A DNA stretch of 62,900 bases, the filler included, from Dicyema japonicum (lineage: Eukaryota; Animalia; Dicyemida), in assembly GCA_011109175.1 (NCBI GenBank). It is 5 parts of 5 records of this genome, joined end to end, with 100 filler letters (N's around TTAATTAATTAA, not from the genome) between each part and the next. Parts side by side here need not be neighbours in the genome. Positions count along the whole stretch, not along the records: positions 9,915 to 33,086 come from RDEW01000161.1; positions 33,187 to 57,943 come from RDEW01000120.1; 3 more parts are not named here. One strand, given 5' to 3'. A program made the translations under genes and the position numbers. Shown piece by piece: positions 25,880 through 38,860 of the stretch. The notes below the pieces were generated by a model that was not told the DNA's origin, did not search any database, and saw nothing but the letters and a program-made list of their open reading frames with translations. Positions within the stretch are counted from its first letter, which is position 1. Each line of letters opens with the position of its first letter.

Positions 25880-26845
25880 TCATCCACTTTGACGTGCCGA
25901 GTTGGAATCAATGCAAGCTTCCTAAACGCCTCGGAGGTACAGGTCTCAGGTCGGTGCTGGAGATTGCCTTTCCATATGTGTCATCGCTCTCTAGTGGAAG
26001 CATTTTAGTACAAGAGATCCTACGTTTTCCAACCGGACTTTCTTGGGAAAAAGTCTTCGATAAAAATAGTCGCGAATGGTGTGAAACTGGTTTGGATACG
26101 CCGAACGATCCTTCGACGAGGAATGAGATCTACTCCAAGAATATCTTCGACGTGCTAAAGTCTGAGGCCAACCAGCATTGTCTAGCATGCCTCGTGTCCG
26201 CCGCCAACCATGGGAGAGTGGCTGATGCACTCACGTGTTCCTCCCTGGGGACCATTTTCGACACTGACTGTGTTCGGATTGGGATCACACAACACCTGGG
26301 AGTTTATGTTTGCGTCGAACACCAATGGCTTTGTGGAGGGATCGTCGATGCAAAAGGGCTGCATCCACTTTCCTGCAAAAAGAGTGCAGGCATAGTACCC
26401 CGCCATGGTGCAATAAACAACATTGTCATAACTGCTCTTAATACTGCAGGCTTCCCGGCAGTATAGGAATCCGTGGGATTGGACCGCGGAGACAAAAAAA
26501 CCAGATGGGTTAACTATCTTTCCGTTCAATGAAGGAAAATCGCTCGTATGGGACTGCACTGTTGTGGATTCTTTCTCGAACTCGATGATACTCAGCTCGG
26601 CGCACTCTGCTCGATCGGCACCCGATCTGGCCGAGAAAATCAAGATTAATAAATATGGCGAAATTGGAGACCTTTTTTGTTTTGTACCGGTGGCAATCGA
26701 GACGTCTGGTGCCGCGGGAAGTATCACAGCCTCTTTCCTGATGGAAATCAAGGCGAAATTGTCCCACTGTAAGATAGACGTGCGGGAAGCGGTCTGACTG
26801 AGGCAACGAATTGGGATTGCAGTTGTCCGCAGAAATGTTTTTTAA
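25880..26845 (+). mobile_element. CRE-clade non-LTR element, zinc knuckle and RLE domain
   Basis: LPKRLGGTGLR, CGGIVDAKGLHPLSCKKSAGIVPRHGAINNIV, PDGLTIFP..GKSLVWDCTV, FVPVAIETSGAAG. Confidence 0.9.
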
Positions 26846-27010
26846 TTTATTTATTTAACCCCAAGACCACTAGGAAAGATGTGTAAAAACTAACTAATTA
26901 AGTGATCCCAGCTTCCACCAACATCCGAACTCTCTTCAATTGATCTTCAGATGATCAAACCGCACTCCGTAACGCTTACTCCGTAATGCCATCAGCCGCT
27001 CTTCCCCATA
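26846..27010 (-). mobile_element. I/Jockey-like LINE 3' end
   Basis: Minus strand ends tggtcttggggttaaataaataaatt and truncates the CRE element. Confidence 0.6.
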
Positions 27011-27039
27011 GTTAATAAATAATATTTTATTGTAAAAAA

Positions 27040-27575
27040 TAAAAAAATTAATAATAATATCTATTTTCAGCACATAATTTCCTCGTCGACATTATAATCT
27101 TCACAAAAAAAATTACTTATTGTCCAGCATTTCTGTTTGAGATATTTTATCTTCATTACAAGTTTTAGCAGTTCTTTTTAGTACTTATTAAAAACAGGAT
27201 CTTGCATGATATCTTCATTAGCAAATTAATCAAGACATTTGATTTCCCCTTCACCATAATGATGGCCTTCCGTAAATTCATAAAAAATTCTTTTCCAAAT
27301 CAAGGATTTCCATATAATCTAAAATAAACCTTTTTCTATGATAATGCTTAAAGTTCTTAATTATCCTGCGTTCATCGTTGAAGATGACCATTTGTGTTAT
27401 TGGAAGAAAATAAATTTCAATGTTTTCAAAAAATTTCGTTAAAAAGTGGCTTGGAGCATTATCATCAGTAAAAAGAAATCTTGGTCTTTTACAATGACAG
27501 TAACAAAAGGTTTAATTTTTATTGTTTCTTAGCATTAGCACAAAGAGCTATAGTGACCCTCACTTTCGATTGCTT
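27040..27575 (-). mobile_element. pogo/Tigger DDE transposase fragment
   Basis: KQSKVRVTIALCANA, DNAPSH, ENIEIYFLP, MNAGIIKNFKHYHRK. Confidence 0.8.
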
Positions 27576-27589
27576 TATGCCTCTACTAT

Positions 27590-28500
27590 CTGTCATTCTT
27601 TAAAATTTTATAATTATAAGGCGACAATATATATAGTGACCTGTCTCGAATTCTATCATCCATCCCTTCTAGCCTTAATGACCGGAGTCGTCTGAAGCAG
27701 ATACACGATTTTGTTTCTACGTGGACCATCCGAAGACTCGATGATAATAAAATACTACACCAGCCACTTACTCCAATAGTTGATTTGACAAATTTGAATG
27801 TGACCTTTTGGGTAGGAATTCTTGCATCCCGTTCACCTACTTGATTTGAACATTCAAGCCTCAACACATTTACCATAAATACAAATATCGCCCACGGAGC
27901 TTTTCGAAAATTTTGCGGATTGCTCATCTTGTAGATTGGTCCCTAACTTCCCTGCGTTAAGCAGTTTCTTGACATTGAACGAGTCCTTTTAAGGATACGT
28001 CCTTATTAGTGAAGAAGCGAGAATTGAAAGAGTCGGCGATTGATTTTAATCTTCCACTAGGAATCCTTCCTGACTTTGGAACAGTTAACAACTTCAGTCA
28101 CCCACTCACATTTAATGGGGACCAGTCTATTATGATCTCTGTCATTTTATTATAAAAATCTATTCCATCAATTATAGAAAAGCTTAATGTCTGAGTGGCT
28201 GTTCTGTAAGAATCCACGTGTCCAAATTATACCAAATATTCCACTGTGTTATTTTGAGGTTAATATTAGCGAATAACTAAGGGTTATATTTGTGATCCTT
28301 GGGGAATTCGAGATTGCATTTCTTGGGTTTTTAAAATGATATTCTGGAGCTGAGGGGGTTGACTGTCCCATTGGACACATTTTAAGGGGATATGCCTGAC
28401 TCTGATATTGGTACCCGGAATCACTCGGTTATGTAGGCAGAAGTAAGGATTCTGTCCAACATTAACCTGAGGATTTTGTACTCCATGCACGTGGGGAGCA
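27590..28500 (-). mobile_element. Probable degenerate APE-type LINE
   Basis: Weak endonuclease-like start PQVNVG..FCLH..IPGTNIRVR, many stops. Confidence 0.3.
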
Positions 28501-28859
28501 GGATTCTGTCACTATTTCCATGAGGATGGTGGACTCCATGCATGTAGGTGTCATGTAGAAAAACCTGATTTAGGCAGTGATTTGTTGACTAATTAAATAG
28601 AAAGGATTGGGTCCCTTGTAGTCTGAAGGTAACAAAACCTAGCAAATGTCATCTTTGTTGCACTTGTTTGATTAATTTCTTAGCTTTTTCTCTGATTTTT
28701 TGTCGGGTTTTCCCTTTTTTATGGTGATTATAATCACCAGTACTGTTTGAGCACAAACTACTACTTTAATTAGAACCGCCAATTTTTCCCATTAGATCAA
28801 TAACAGTACTATTCATGAATTTAATTTATCAAAAACGCATAAATAATTAATTAACACAG

Positions 28860-29163
28860 CTATCTTTCCAAAGAGGACCCCACCGACATTATTGACGTTG
28901 CGTTGCCTCTCACGATCGCAACAGAGATCAACTGGAGAAGCCACTGGGTCTCACGCGCGTCGTGGCTTTGTAGTGTAGCAAGGTGTCCAAGTTTCTTTAC
29001 GAAGCGAAGTGATTTTCCACTTATTCCTCCAATTGTCTCGATCATAATCGGATAGAACGCGAAACGGTCGCGTAGCGCTTCGTATTTCTTCTCCTTTGCC
29101 CTCATCGTTTTTTCCGCGGCATACAGTGTGTCTACCGCGCACCCGACAATGTTGGACAGACAA
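28860..29163 (-). mobile_element. CRE-clade RLE C-terminus
   Basis: KEKKYEAL..FYPIMIETIGGISGKSLRF..RETQWLLQLISVAIVRGNATSIM. Confidence 0.85.
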
Positions 29164-29519
29164 AGTATTATTTAAATTTAATTCTGCAACATTAATTATG
29201 GAATAAATAATAAATTTAAATTTAATTCAAATAATTTATTTGTTGTTAGGATGATTTTTTAACATACTTAAACTGGGTAACTAATGTTCGTCCAACTAGT
29301 GTTCACATGAATCCTTTTTCCACATAGGCTCCTGATGTTCTTATTTACGTGATTATTAAGACTATTTTTGTCAGTAAAATCAAAAATTCACATGTTCTTT
29401 AAAATCGTTAAAACTTCAAAAATATTGTTTTTTTTGTTAATAATATAAATAGAGTCCAAAATATGTCAAATTTGATTGAAATTTAATTACTAGGTCAATA
29501 AAATCTGTCGTTTATTACC

Positions 29520-30760
29520 CGCGGACTCTGAATAAATCTTACGTCTCATCATCACGCACTATTCCGGTGAAGATCCATAATGCCGCGCTCCCAGTCGCTG
29601 CGGAGGACCTTTCCAATGCTTCCTGACGATTTTAATACAATACTGGGTTCATCGCGCTGAGACTTAATCGCAAGGGTAACTGAAATGATTCTCTCACTGT
29701 CACCATGAAGACAAACATTTGTTTTTATGGAAGGAATCCATTCCTCCGTTACCCAATACCTTTAATCCAAATGCGGGAGACGCATAGTCATAACAAGGAA
29801 GTAGAAGTGTTTCCTCTCAATAAAACTGTTCGGTCAAAATTAATCGAAGATGGAACTCGTGCAATCATTAAGGCATTTTCTTCTAGCGGAACGACCGCAT
29901 CAAATGATGAAATACTCCTTACAATACGGAATTTTGCTCCCAGTAGGAGTGCCGGGTTGGGAGGAATGAGAACTGTTCATCTAAAAGAGCTGACTTCTTT
30001 GTCAGTTGGAGATTCAGAACTTTGTCATACGAATTCAGTTACCTCACTTATGAACCGAATTATGCCTGGACTACTTCCCGAAGTGTTCCCTCACGTCCTG
30101 TTCTCCACGAACCATATCGCCTTTGTTAAAAAAGGAGGTGGAGTTCTCCAAATTGTGGTCGGGTTTGTATACAGGAGGCTGTCTGCAAAAATCCAGATAT
30201 TCTATCCAATTTTTAAATTTTCCTCAAGTAGGGGGGAGAGTTCATTCTTAAACAGAAGCATAGAAGACTTCCAAAAAAACTAGACATCTAGAACGCTCAA
30301 CAATCTGAGGAGAGATGATATTCTGGACGCGTGTATGGAAAGATGTCCTAATATTGTCGAAATGATGAATCAGTCCTGTAGTCTACATTCATCTCTACAT
30401 TCATCCTTACTCTTCAGAGACTACCTAATCCCTTCGTCTTCCAGAGTAAACAAGGAGATCCTTTGGACATCTGCTATTCTATCATGCAATCAAAGGATTC
30501 ACCAAACTTCCCCAATAGCCCAAAAACCAGTTGTATCTGGATGATACGGTTCTCGGAGGACCGCCAGATACAGTCCACATTCAGATGTTAATTCTGGCTT
30601 TACAATTGTGGACTTTCAATGAAAAATATTCACAAGTCATGTCATCGTTCTCGAATTTGCTTCTCGGAAGTTTTTCCATCCCCCACGAAGACCCCCAGGT
30701 TAGAATAGATCGAAATTGTCATTTCTTTATTAATCTTAATAGCTGATTAACATAAAGAGG
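29520..30760 (+). mobile_element. CRE-clade RT N-terminal region, degenerate
   Basis: SAGLGGMRTVHLKEL, FVKKGGGVLQIVVGFVYRRLSAK, YLDDTVLGG. Confidence 0.8.
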
Positions 30761-31107
30761 GGGTGAAAACTTCCAAGGAATTATAGGGGATGTATTTTTT
30801 CAAATTTTGAAAATTAAAGAATTTTGATTATAATTGATAAAATAGTTAAAATTTTAAAATTTAAATTTTTAAATGTTTTCGAGAATTGTTGTTCTAAGAA
30901 ATGGTCTTAATAACAACAAATTCGGGGTACGTCTGTAAAAATTACCCATAAGCACGTTGATGCGCACGTTATTAAAAAATTAATAAATAATGGTTAACCA
31001 ATGTAAATGTCATTTAATGTATAATAAAAAAATGATTATTTTAATTTTAGTAATTATTTTAATTCGTTTATCTTTTTAAATTAATTAGGTCAAAAATGTA
31101 TATAAAT

Positions 31108-31597
31108 TTATTCAAATNAAAAAACTAAATAATACTTAAGTTTTTTTTTCAAATGGATAAAATAATCCACAGATTTTTCGGAATAGTCCGGATGCTTGGA
31201 AGTAAAATGTCTCTTTTGTTTGCTAGGAACCATAGCATCACTTGCCAAAACTTCCATGCAAATTAGACATTGAGGTAGTTTATTTTTATCTTTGCATATA
31301 AATCCAAATGACAAATAAGAATCTTTATAAGAACGACGAACTGATTTACCCATAAGCACGTTGATGCGCACGTTATTAAAAATTAATAAATAATGGTTAA
31401 CCAATGTAAATGTCATTTAATGTATAATAAAAAATAATTATTTTAATTTTAGTAATTATTTTAATTCGTTTATCTTTTTAAATTAATTAGGTCAAAATGT
31501 ATATAAATTTATTCAAATTTGTATTTGGCAGGCGGCACACTAGAAATTGTCTTGCGGCACACTTAGTGTGCCGCGGCACACCATTTGACAACCTCTG
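31108..31597 (-). mobile_element. Buster/ZBED5-type hAT left end with BED finger
   Basis: TIR cagaggttgtcaaa ending at 31597, gtgtgccgc subterminal repeats, RSYKDSYLSFGF..PQCLICMEVLASDAMVPSKQKRHFTSKH. Confidence 0.9.
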
Positions 31598-31639
31598 ATC
31601 TAGCATCTATGATGTGATCGAGATTGGGGAATGGTTCTA

Positions 31640-32300
31640 TTTGATATTCAAAAGAGCTTCACAACAACATCGTTTGCCCATTTTTGTGAAGAGGGTGCAA
31701 CTTTTTCGAGTCGGCCTCTGTACAGTGCATTAGTAGCACAGGTTTGACACCGCGTTGTACAAGCATAGTCTCGTTTTCGTCCTTTGTCTACAAGCCAGGT
31801 TTTCCTGAGTTTTTGCATTTCTGTGTTTTCTCTTTACAATGTCTTCTTGATGTCCTAGGAGGGTGCATAACTTCTTGACCCAACGTCAGATTTTGTTAGT
31901 CCTTGACTCTCCCTTTTGAGTTCAGTCACCTCCATAAGAAACCCTCCATCTCAGACTGGATTCCAACTGGTGGATCTGATTAAGCTGATTACTCCAATAG
32001 CACTAAGAGGATTCAGGAATTATTAAATAATCAATAACTCTCTTGTTCCTCTCGAAATGAGCTTGTACAAGTTAGGTCAGACATAATTGAACCTGGGCAT
32101 CGGTTCATCTGATACTTCTTTGCTTCCAAAGGTTCGCACATCCTGTTCTGTGTCCAAGAAGGAAACGAGAAGTTACATCTACATTGAGGAGATGAGGACT
32201 CTAAAGATGTGTCATAGTGGACAAGAGATACGTCCCAGCTCAACTAACATCAGGCAGATGATCTTCAACCTTGAGTCCGTCACCTCTTCATAACCACAAG
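31640..32300 (-). mobile_element. Possible Ty3/gypsy integrase zinc-finger region, degenerate
   Basis: RCQTCATN..RGRLEKV..QKW resembles the HHCC-to-core transition. Many stops. Confidence 0.35.
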
Positions 32301-33086
32301 AAAGAAAACAAAGGCTTTCATCTACCATGAAGTGAAGTAGACATTTCGTCTAACAGAGGTACGTCACCCCTCAACCTTCCGATCGATGACTTTCAATATT
32401 AAACGTAAAATATTGAATCCCGATGGGGGGTCTTTGGACAAAAACTTAGATGAACTTGAATCTCCGATTAACGTGACTGTGTAAAACTTCTTCATTTCTG
32501 ACGCTTCTCGATTGGATGGACCTCCAAGTACTACTTTTTCGATCTTGTGAATCACCTTTAAAGGGTTGGGAGGCACTTCAGATAAAGAGATGGTCTTTGA
32601 TATGTGAACTAGCATTGGACGGGAAAAACGACCAAGGAACCCATGGTATTTCTTCTCCTTGACTTGGCCTTTAATAATTCAACCGTAAATCCGAATAATT
32701 GCGAAAATCCAGAATTTGGAAAATTAGCAAGTTTTCGTTGCTAAGTGATTAATTAAGATTGTTATGGACACAATTAGATCATGTCACTTAATGGTACAGA
32801 TGTTATGTCTTCTCGTGGGTTCGACCACTGACTCCCACTCGCTACTTGGTCTCATACTTTGTTCTGTTTTTTCTATCCCCCCACAATCGGTGTAGCGTCA
32901 TGTGATTCACCTGTCCCAGAAGGAAACCATTGGCAAGATAGGACCAAAATGATCACCTGCTCTCCTCCAATCATCTGTTACTCCTTGGAGGAATAGCCAT
33001 GGGTTTGGGCTTCTTCATTCACCTGTTAAATATGAAGGGAGGTGCCTTGCTTGGATTCAACGTTTACAGATACCTTCTTAACACGA

Positions 33087-33186
33087 NNNNNNNNNNNNNN
33101 NNNNNNNNNNNNNNNNNNNNNNNNNNNNNNTTAATTAATTAANNNNNNNNNNNNNNNNNNNNNNNNNNNNNNNNNNNNNNNNNNNN
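33087..33186. other. Artificial scaffold spacer
   Basis: N-run + TTAATTAATTAA (33131-33142) + N-run. Confidence 0.95.
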
Positions 33187-33834
33187 CAATTATCCGGATA
33201 ATATTCTTCCTTCTAAAGATTTTCACAATTTTCAAATTAATCACTTTAAATCAATTTTCGATAAATTCTCACAAATCCGGCAAAACAAAAATTACAAAGA
33301 AAATACAACTTTCCAAATTCCATGTACCAAAAAAGATTGGAACGAATATTTTCTTTCTCAACTAAACCAAAATATTTCAAAATCCGAGCCAAAACTATCG
33401 ACGATATGCCAACTAAAACCAAAAGATATATTTCGGGCACTTTGTGGACTTTATGAGTGGATGAAAGTACAGTTGTTACTGATCAGCGGGAGAGTGGCTG
33501 TATTCCCTTCTAGTAGCATTGGTTCCGCCATTACACCCTGACATGCATTCTTTATTAAGGGACATTAATCGTATTTTATTGCAGAAAGACGTTCTTTTAT
33601 AAATGAAAGTTTTTCTCAAAAACTACTGGATCGGATCAATATTTTTATAATTATAATTTCTGACTATTTTGGGCAGTCTGATATGCTTTTGTTGTGATTT
33701 TGTAGTTTTTTAATGATTTTTTATTTGATTTAATATTTTTGATTGGATGGGTTTCATTCCGGGAATCAATTATGTGACTAAACTCTACATAATATTTTTT
33801 CACTGTCTGATGACTTTGAAGTAATCTTAGGATT

Positions 33835-34460
33835 TAGGGTGGCTAGTCTGGATTGTCTAAGTAACGCAATCTCCCTTCATGTCGGACTGAAGATCTGTCA
33901 GGCGCACAAATGCCGCTGTGGGGGAACTGTTGACGAGTACGGTTTGCACCCTCTCGCTTGCCGTCGGAGTGCTGGTCGTGCCCCTCACCACAGTGAACTC
34001 AACGCGATCATTCAAAGGGCCTCGTTTCCGCGGGTGTCCCGTCAATCCTCGAACCAGTTGGGCTGGATAGAGGAGACGGCAAACTCCCAGACGGCATGTC
34101 TACCTTTCCTTACGAGCAGGGGAAATCCTTTATTTGGACTCACCTGCTCAGACACATTCTCGCGCGGAAATCTCGCTTTGTCCGCTGTTGATCCTGGGCA
34201 CGCTTCGAGGCTGGCCGAGGATCGCAAGATTCTCAAGTACGGCCACCTCTCGAACTCGCTTTTTTTAACTCCAATTGCTTTGGAGTCTTCCGGGATCTTC
34301 GGCCCCAAGACGCTCCGCTTCTTCGCTCGCTCGGTCGACGGATATCAAGGATAAGACACGACTCCAGAGAGTCATCTTGGCTCTTGCAACGTCTGTCGAT
34401 CGCTGTGATCCGTGGGAACGGCTTTGCTATTCGCGAGGCTGGCCGAGCGCCTCGTGAGGC
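33835..34460 (+). mobile_element. CRE-clade zinc knuckle and RLE domain
   Basis: HKCRCGGTVDEYGLHPLACRRSAGRAPHHSELNAII, PIALESSGIFGPKTLRFF. Confidence 0.9.
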
Positions 34461-35171
34461 CTTTATCTAGTTAAACTCTCCCCTGTTTTGTTTGTTTAAT
34501 ATAGTCTAGGAGATATATACAAAATGAGTACTAAGTAATCAATATTTTGATCTCTGTGTAGTATAACTGAATATTCTTGGTTTAGTTACGTGAGAAAAGA
34601 AATTCCAACTCGAATTTTATTAATTTCTCACGTTTATTTAATCTTTCAGAAATAAAATTTTTATCTCGTAAATTAAGTACGCAGAAAATTCTCCTTGCTT
34701 TTTCTATGCTCAGATTGATCGATTCAAATCTGTTTTCAGGGCTCACGGAGTAACAGGGTGTTCGAAACAAATAGATTGAGAATCTAACAAATTAATTATC
34801 CAATCGAGTGTAGTCACTATTCGGCATTCTTCTATACGATCAACCATTTTTTGGCCCTTTTTGTACAAATTTAGTTTTGTAATAAATTTATTGTCAAGAA
34901 CGCGTTTAATGGGCGTTATGAATGAATGCAGGTTTAGAGCAAGAAAGCGGAAAAAATGGCAGTATGCGGACGGGATGAACGAGACGATTGTTGGGGGCAA
35001 TCAAATCTTTTGAGGTACGTCCGGGCTGTCGTCGAGAGTCAGGGTTAGTCACACAATAAATTCAAAGAATAGGTCCGGATTGAATCTTCAATTACTTGCT
35101 TATTGTCGGGGACTTATCCGCCCCCAGCTGAAAATATAATCGCTAACTACAATTTTGTAAAAATTTGTATT

Positions 35172-36540
35172 TTATTATTTATTATTTACCCCCGGCCCTT
35201 CAATTAAAGGAAACCGGTTGCTAACAAAAACGTTAATGCCAATGTCGGACGCTCCCAGAGATCCCCGACCGTGATCCGGTGTTCCGAGGAAGCAGAAGGC
35301 GGGCCTGGACAGGAGAAAAGGTCACTGAGGGAATAGTAAAGGATGAATTCAGCAAGACCGATTTTTTGACGATAATTGTGTAGGCCAATATGATGGCCAC
35401 AGCGGAGCCGAGCCAAGTTCACTCGAGCTTCTATCAAGAGGGAGGATGCGATGTTGTTAATTGGTGGCGAAAGGCGTCCCAGAAGCTTGTTTATTCCAAG
35501 ACATCTAATTGCCCTAGTAGCTACCAAGTTGTGAATTCTCATCTGGTTTACGCCCGGAGGAAATGGTATAAACATGCGGATTTTGTCCGCGAAGGTCGGA
35601 ATTATTCTCCTGTTATTAGAGGAGTGCCAATTGGGGTTCGGCATTTGTCAAGAAATTGCAGCCCGAGCATTCCACTTCCACCCATCTTTCAAAACTGACA
35701 CAATTCATTGCGGATGGGTTTAACAATCATAAACCTCCTCAAAGAACAGTTATTGCATTCATCGACATTGACATGTTCTGTGTAGGAAAATAATCGATAC
35801 GGAATTTCCTCATCAAATAAAGTCATGGCTACTCTCTTTTCTCTCTGGGCGTCTTGGTCGCACGACAATCATGTCTTCTTACTCACGTTACAAATACTTG
35901 CCTTATTTAACTTACATCTGTCCAGTATCCGACAAACAATAATACTCTACTTCTCTTCTACGGTGATGACTTAATTTTTGCCTCTCGTCACCAAAACATA
36001 ATCACTGCTTCTGGATTTCTGCAGGAACACTTGAACACTCTATCGTCCTGGCTGAAATGCAATCTTCTTCAACCTTCTCCATCTAAATCATCTGTTACGC
36101 TATTCACAACTGACCGTCGTCAGTTCAACTTAGAGCCTAAACTATTCCTAGACAACATTCCACTCCCAGTTGAAAAATCCCCTAAAATCTTGGTCTGATA
36201 TTTGATTGCTGTCTATCTTTCTCGAAACATGTTTCATATATCTGTGAAAAATCCCAGAAAAACTCAATGTGCTCCGAGCCATTGCGGGGACTTCATTTGG
36301 ACAGGATCAGGAGAGTCTAACAACTGTTATACAGCAGTTTATTAGAACAACTATGAACTACGCCATCCCTGCTTGGGGTTCCTGCTTATCTATTACAACC
36401 TTGAAAAACTTCAGAGAACTCAAAACTCAGCATTACGAATCATTACGGGCTGTAGTACTGTAACATCCTCTCTATTCCCCCCTTTAGAATGCCTATTGAC
36501 CATCTACATTGGGAATCGAAAATCCTTCCAATCAGTGACC
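35172..36540. mobile_element. I/Jockey-like LINE with internal inversion (3' end on minus 35172-35650, RT on plus 35660-36540)
   Basis: Minus: LARLRCGHH..DLWERP plus (TAAA) tail. Plus: FIADGFNNHKPPQRTV, YGDD, LRAIAGTSFG, LRIITGC, IDHLHWESKILP. Candidate 20-bp TSD 35152-35171 / 36541-36560 (18/20). Confidence 0.8.
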
Positions 36541-36707
36541 ATTTTGAAAAATTTTGTATTGAAATAAGTTATTTAAACTTTAGCTACAAAAAAGAGTAAT
36601 TATTAATATAAAAAATTAAATATAATATAATCTAAAAAACATTTATGAAAACACAATATTTAAATAGTCTTTATTTTAAGTGGTTATTTATTGGTATAAT
36701 ATTTAAG

Positions 36708-37558
36708 ATGAAATTGCGATTATTATCAAACATAAAATTAAAAATTGATTTATTGACAAGATCTTTATTTATATCACAAATCAACTCCTAATCCCGACTC
36801 AATAATTTTCCACATAGGACAAACTGTGCTAGATCCTTCTGATAATTCAAATCCACGAGAATTTTCTGCCGATAATCCTCAAAAATTGGTTTTATCTGCA
36901 TTAGCAAGGTTTATTTATTCAAATAAATTAGAAATTTATTCACAATAAATGGAATTTCGCGAGTCATGTACGGCCCAGATTTCATTACCTCACAAAGGTT
37001 CATTTTCATAAAAATTAATTTATTTAAAAATTAAAAATAAATAATTATTAACTAAAATAATTATTAATTAAAATAGACTGAAATTCTGATTGGTTAATTC
37101 TTAAGCCTGAGATTTTTTTCGATTCTGAGTGACCATTCAGTTCAGGAGCCCCTTTATTTACAAAGAATATCCCAAAAACTGACTCAAAAATCACAACTGA
37201 TGAAGAGGAAGAACTAGTAACAATGATTAAAAGAACTAATTGAGTCTCGAATCCGACCATTTATCCAACAAGACGGTGGTGATCTCGAATTTATTGTAAC
37301 AAATATCATTTATTAAAGGATTTTGTTAATGGAGTTGTACGTGTTCAACTCATGGGCTCCTGTGTGGGCTGTCCGAGTTCGACTAGCACTCTAAAGGGGA
37401 ATAGAGAGGATGTACAGTACTACATTCCTCAGGTGACTTCAGTTGAGGATGTACTTTTAATAATTATATTTTTACAGGTTAATGATCAGGTTAGTCAGGA
37501 TGCTTTCAAGTCTTTTGAAGATCGACTTGATGATAAAAAACCTTCTATTGATAATTAA
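36708..37558 (+). CDS. NFU1: NFU1 Fe-S cluster scaffold with several 1-2 nt frameshifts (pseudogene or read errors)
   Basis: [63 protein letters not shown]. Transit-peptide-like start. Introns of 23, ~79, 23 and 27 nt. Confidence 0.85.
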
Positions 37559-37709
37559 TGATTTTTTAATCTAATTTATAATGATTTTGAATGGAAATGA
37601 ATTCAGTGTTTGTTTTATTATAAAGAAATAGGAGCCTATCTATTGGCTAGATCTAAAAAGGGGAAAACTTTATAAATATAAATTCACCACACAAAATTGC
37701 TAACATGTA

Positions 37710-38053
37710 CAGTGCCCGACAAATGAAAGTAGATTTGTTATAAATCGACTTTTTTCTTTAAAAAACCTAGAAAAATCTACTTCCAAAAGAAGTTTGGAAG
37801 TTTATTAGCCACGTTGGCGGATATCAACTTATTAAATTTTAATTCGTTTTATTAAAATTAAAAAAATCCAATTAATTATGGCCAACAAAATTTAAATTTT
37901 TGCGTTAAAATTCAATTTTAAAAGGCAAAAATAATTTTTAATATTAAACAAATAATTCGAATCTCACCCCAAGAATTGTTTAAATATTCATTTATAATTT
38001 TTTAAAGAAAAAAAGTCGATTTATAACAAATCTAATTTTTCTGTCGGGCACTG
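37710..38053. mobile_element. Tc1/mariner-type MITE
   Basis: ~55-bp TIRs starting cagtgcccgaca, TA at 37708-37709 and 38054-38055. Confidence 0.9.
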
Positions 38054-38074
38054 TATGTATAAATACTTTACTAA

Positions 38075-38166
38075 ATAGGCCGCGGGCCATGTTAGTTGGA
38101 AAAATTTTTTTGGCGGGCCAATTTCCTTTAGTATTATAAAATTTGTCCGCGATTTTCCGACCCCTG
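38075..38166. mobile_element. Charlie-type hAT terminus
   Basis: ggccgcgggcc motifs and end gattttccgacccctg (reverse complement caggggtcggaaa). Partner end not found. Confidence 0.55.
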
Positions 38167-38199
38167 TTATAAAGGAATAATTCGGAATCACTACAAATC

Positions 38200-38860
38200 G
38201 AAAAACTTTATAAATAGGATTAACTGGCCAGGTCTTGTAGGTCTATCTCAATTTTCTATTCGACATATCAGAACTTGTGACCTCTTCCAGTTAGAAACAC
38301 CACAAGAGAAAAAAGGGACCACTCTTGAAGGGATAATTAAAGGCTCCACCATTTGAGGAAACCACTCCTAGCTATTAAATTAGTGACCCCTGACAGGAAC
38401 ATCAAAAACACGCCAGCACTCCACTACTGCCGTATCTAAACTCATTCACTAACAAAAAACCATCGCAAATAAAAGCCCTAATAAACGAAATTCTCCCTAA
38501 ACGCACTAACCGCAAACAACATCCTCAAAAATCCTCCTTAAAAATAAACACAGCTGAAAAGGATCTTAACCGTAAGGATTGGGTCGAAATCGCAAGATTT
38601 CGCTGTGGGAATCATCCTTTACTCCGCGACTATCAAAACAAACTGGATAAGGATGTCGACCGGTCCTGTTCAATCTGTCTTGACGGACGACACCACGGTA
38701 ACGCACGTCGTCCTGGAATGCAAAAACCTCGCCGCTATAACGAAATCACACAAGATTAACTCCATCCTTAACTTATGGTGTGACCCTAAGAGGTCTGTCG
38801 GTTTTCTTCGTGCCGCATTCCTTCCAATTCCAGGGGGAATGGGGGTTAAATAAATAAATT
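38200..38860 (+). mobile_element. I/Jockey-like LINE 3' region
   Basis: EIARFRCGNHP..CSIC, THVVLECKNL, NLWCDP; tail gggggttaaataaataaa. Confidence 0.8.

Noticed and set aside
30946-31517. 170-bp direct duplication around the hAT BED-finger region
   Set aside because: Bounded by a single n at 31117; looks like overlapping contig ends.
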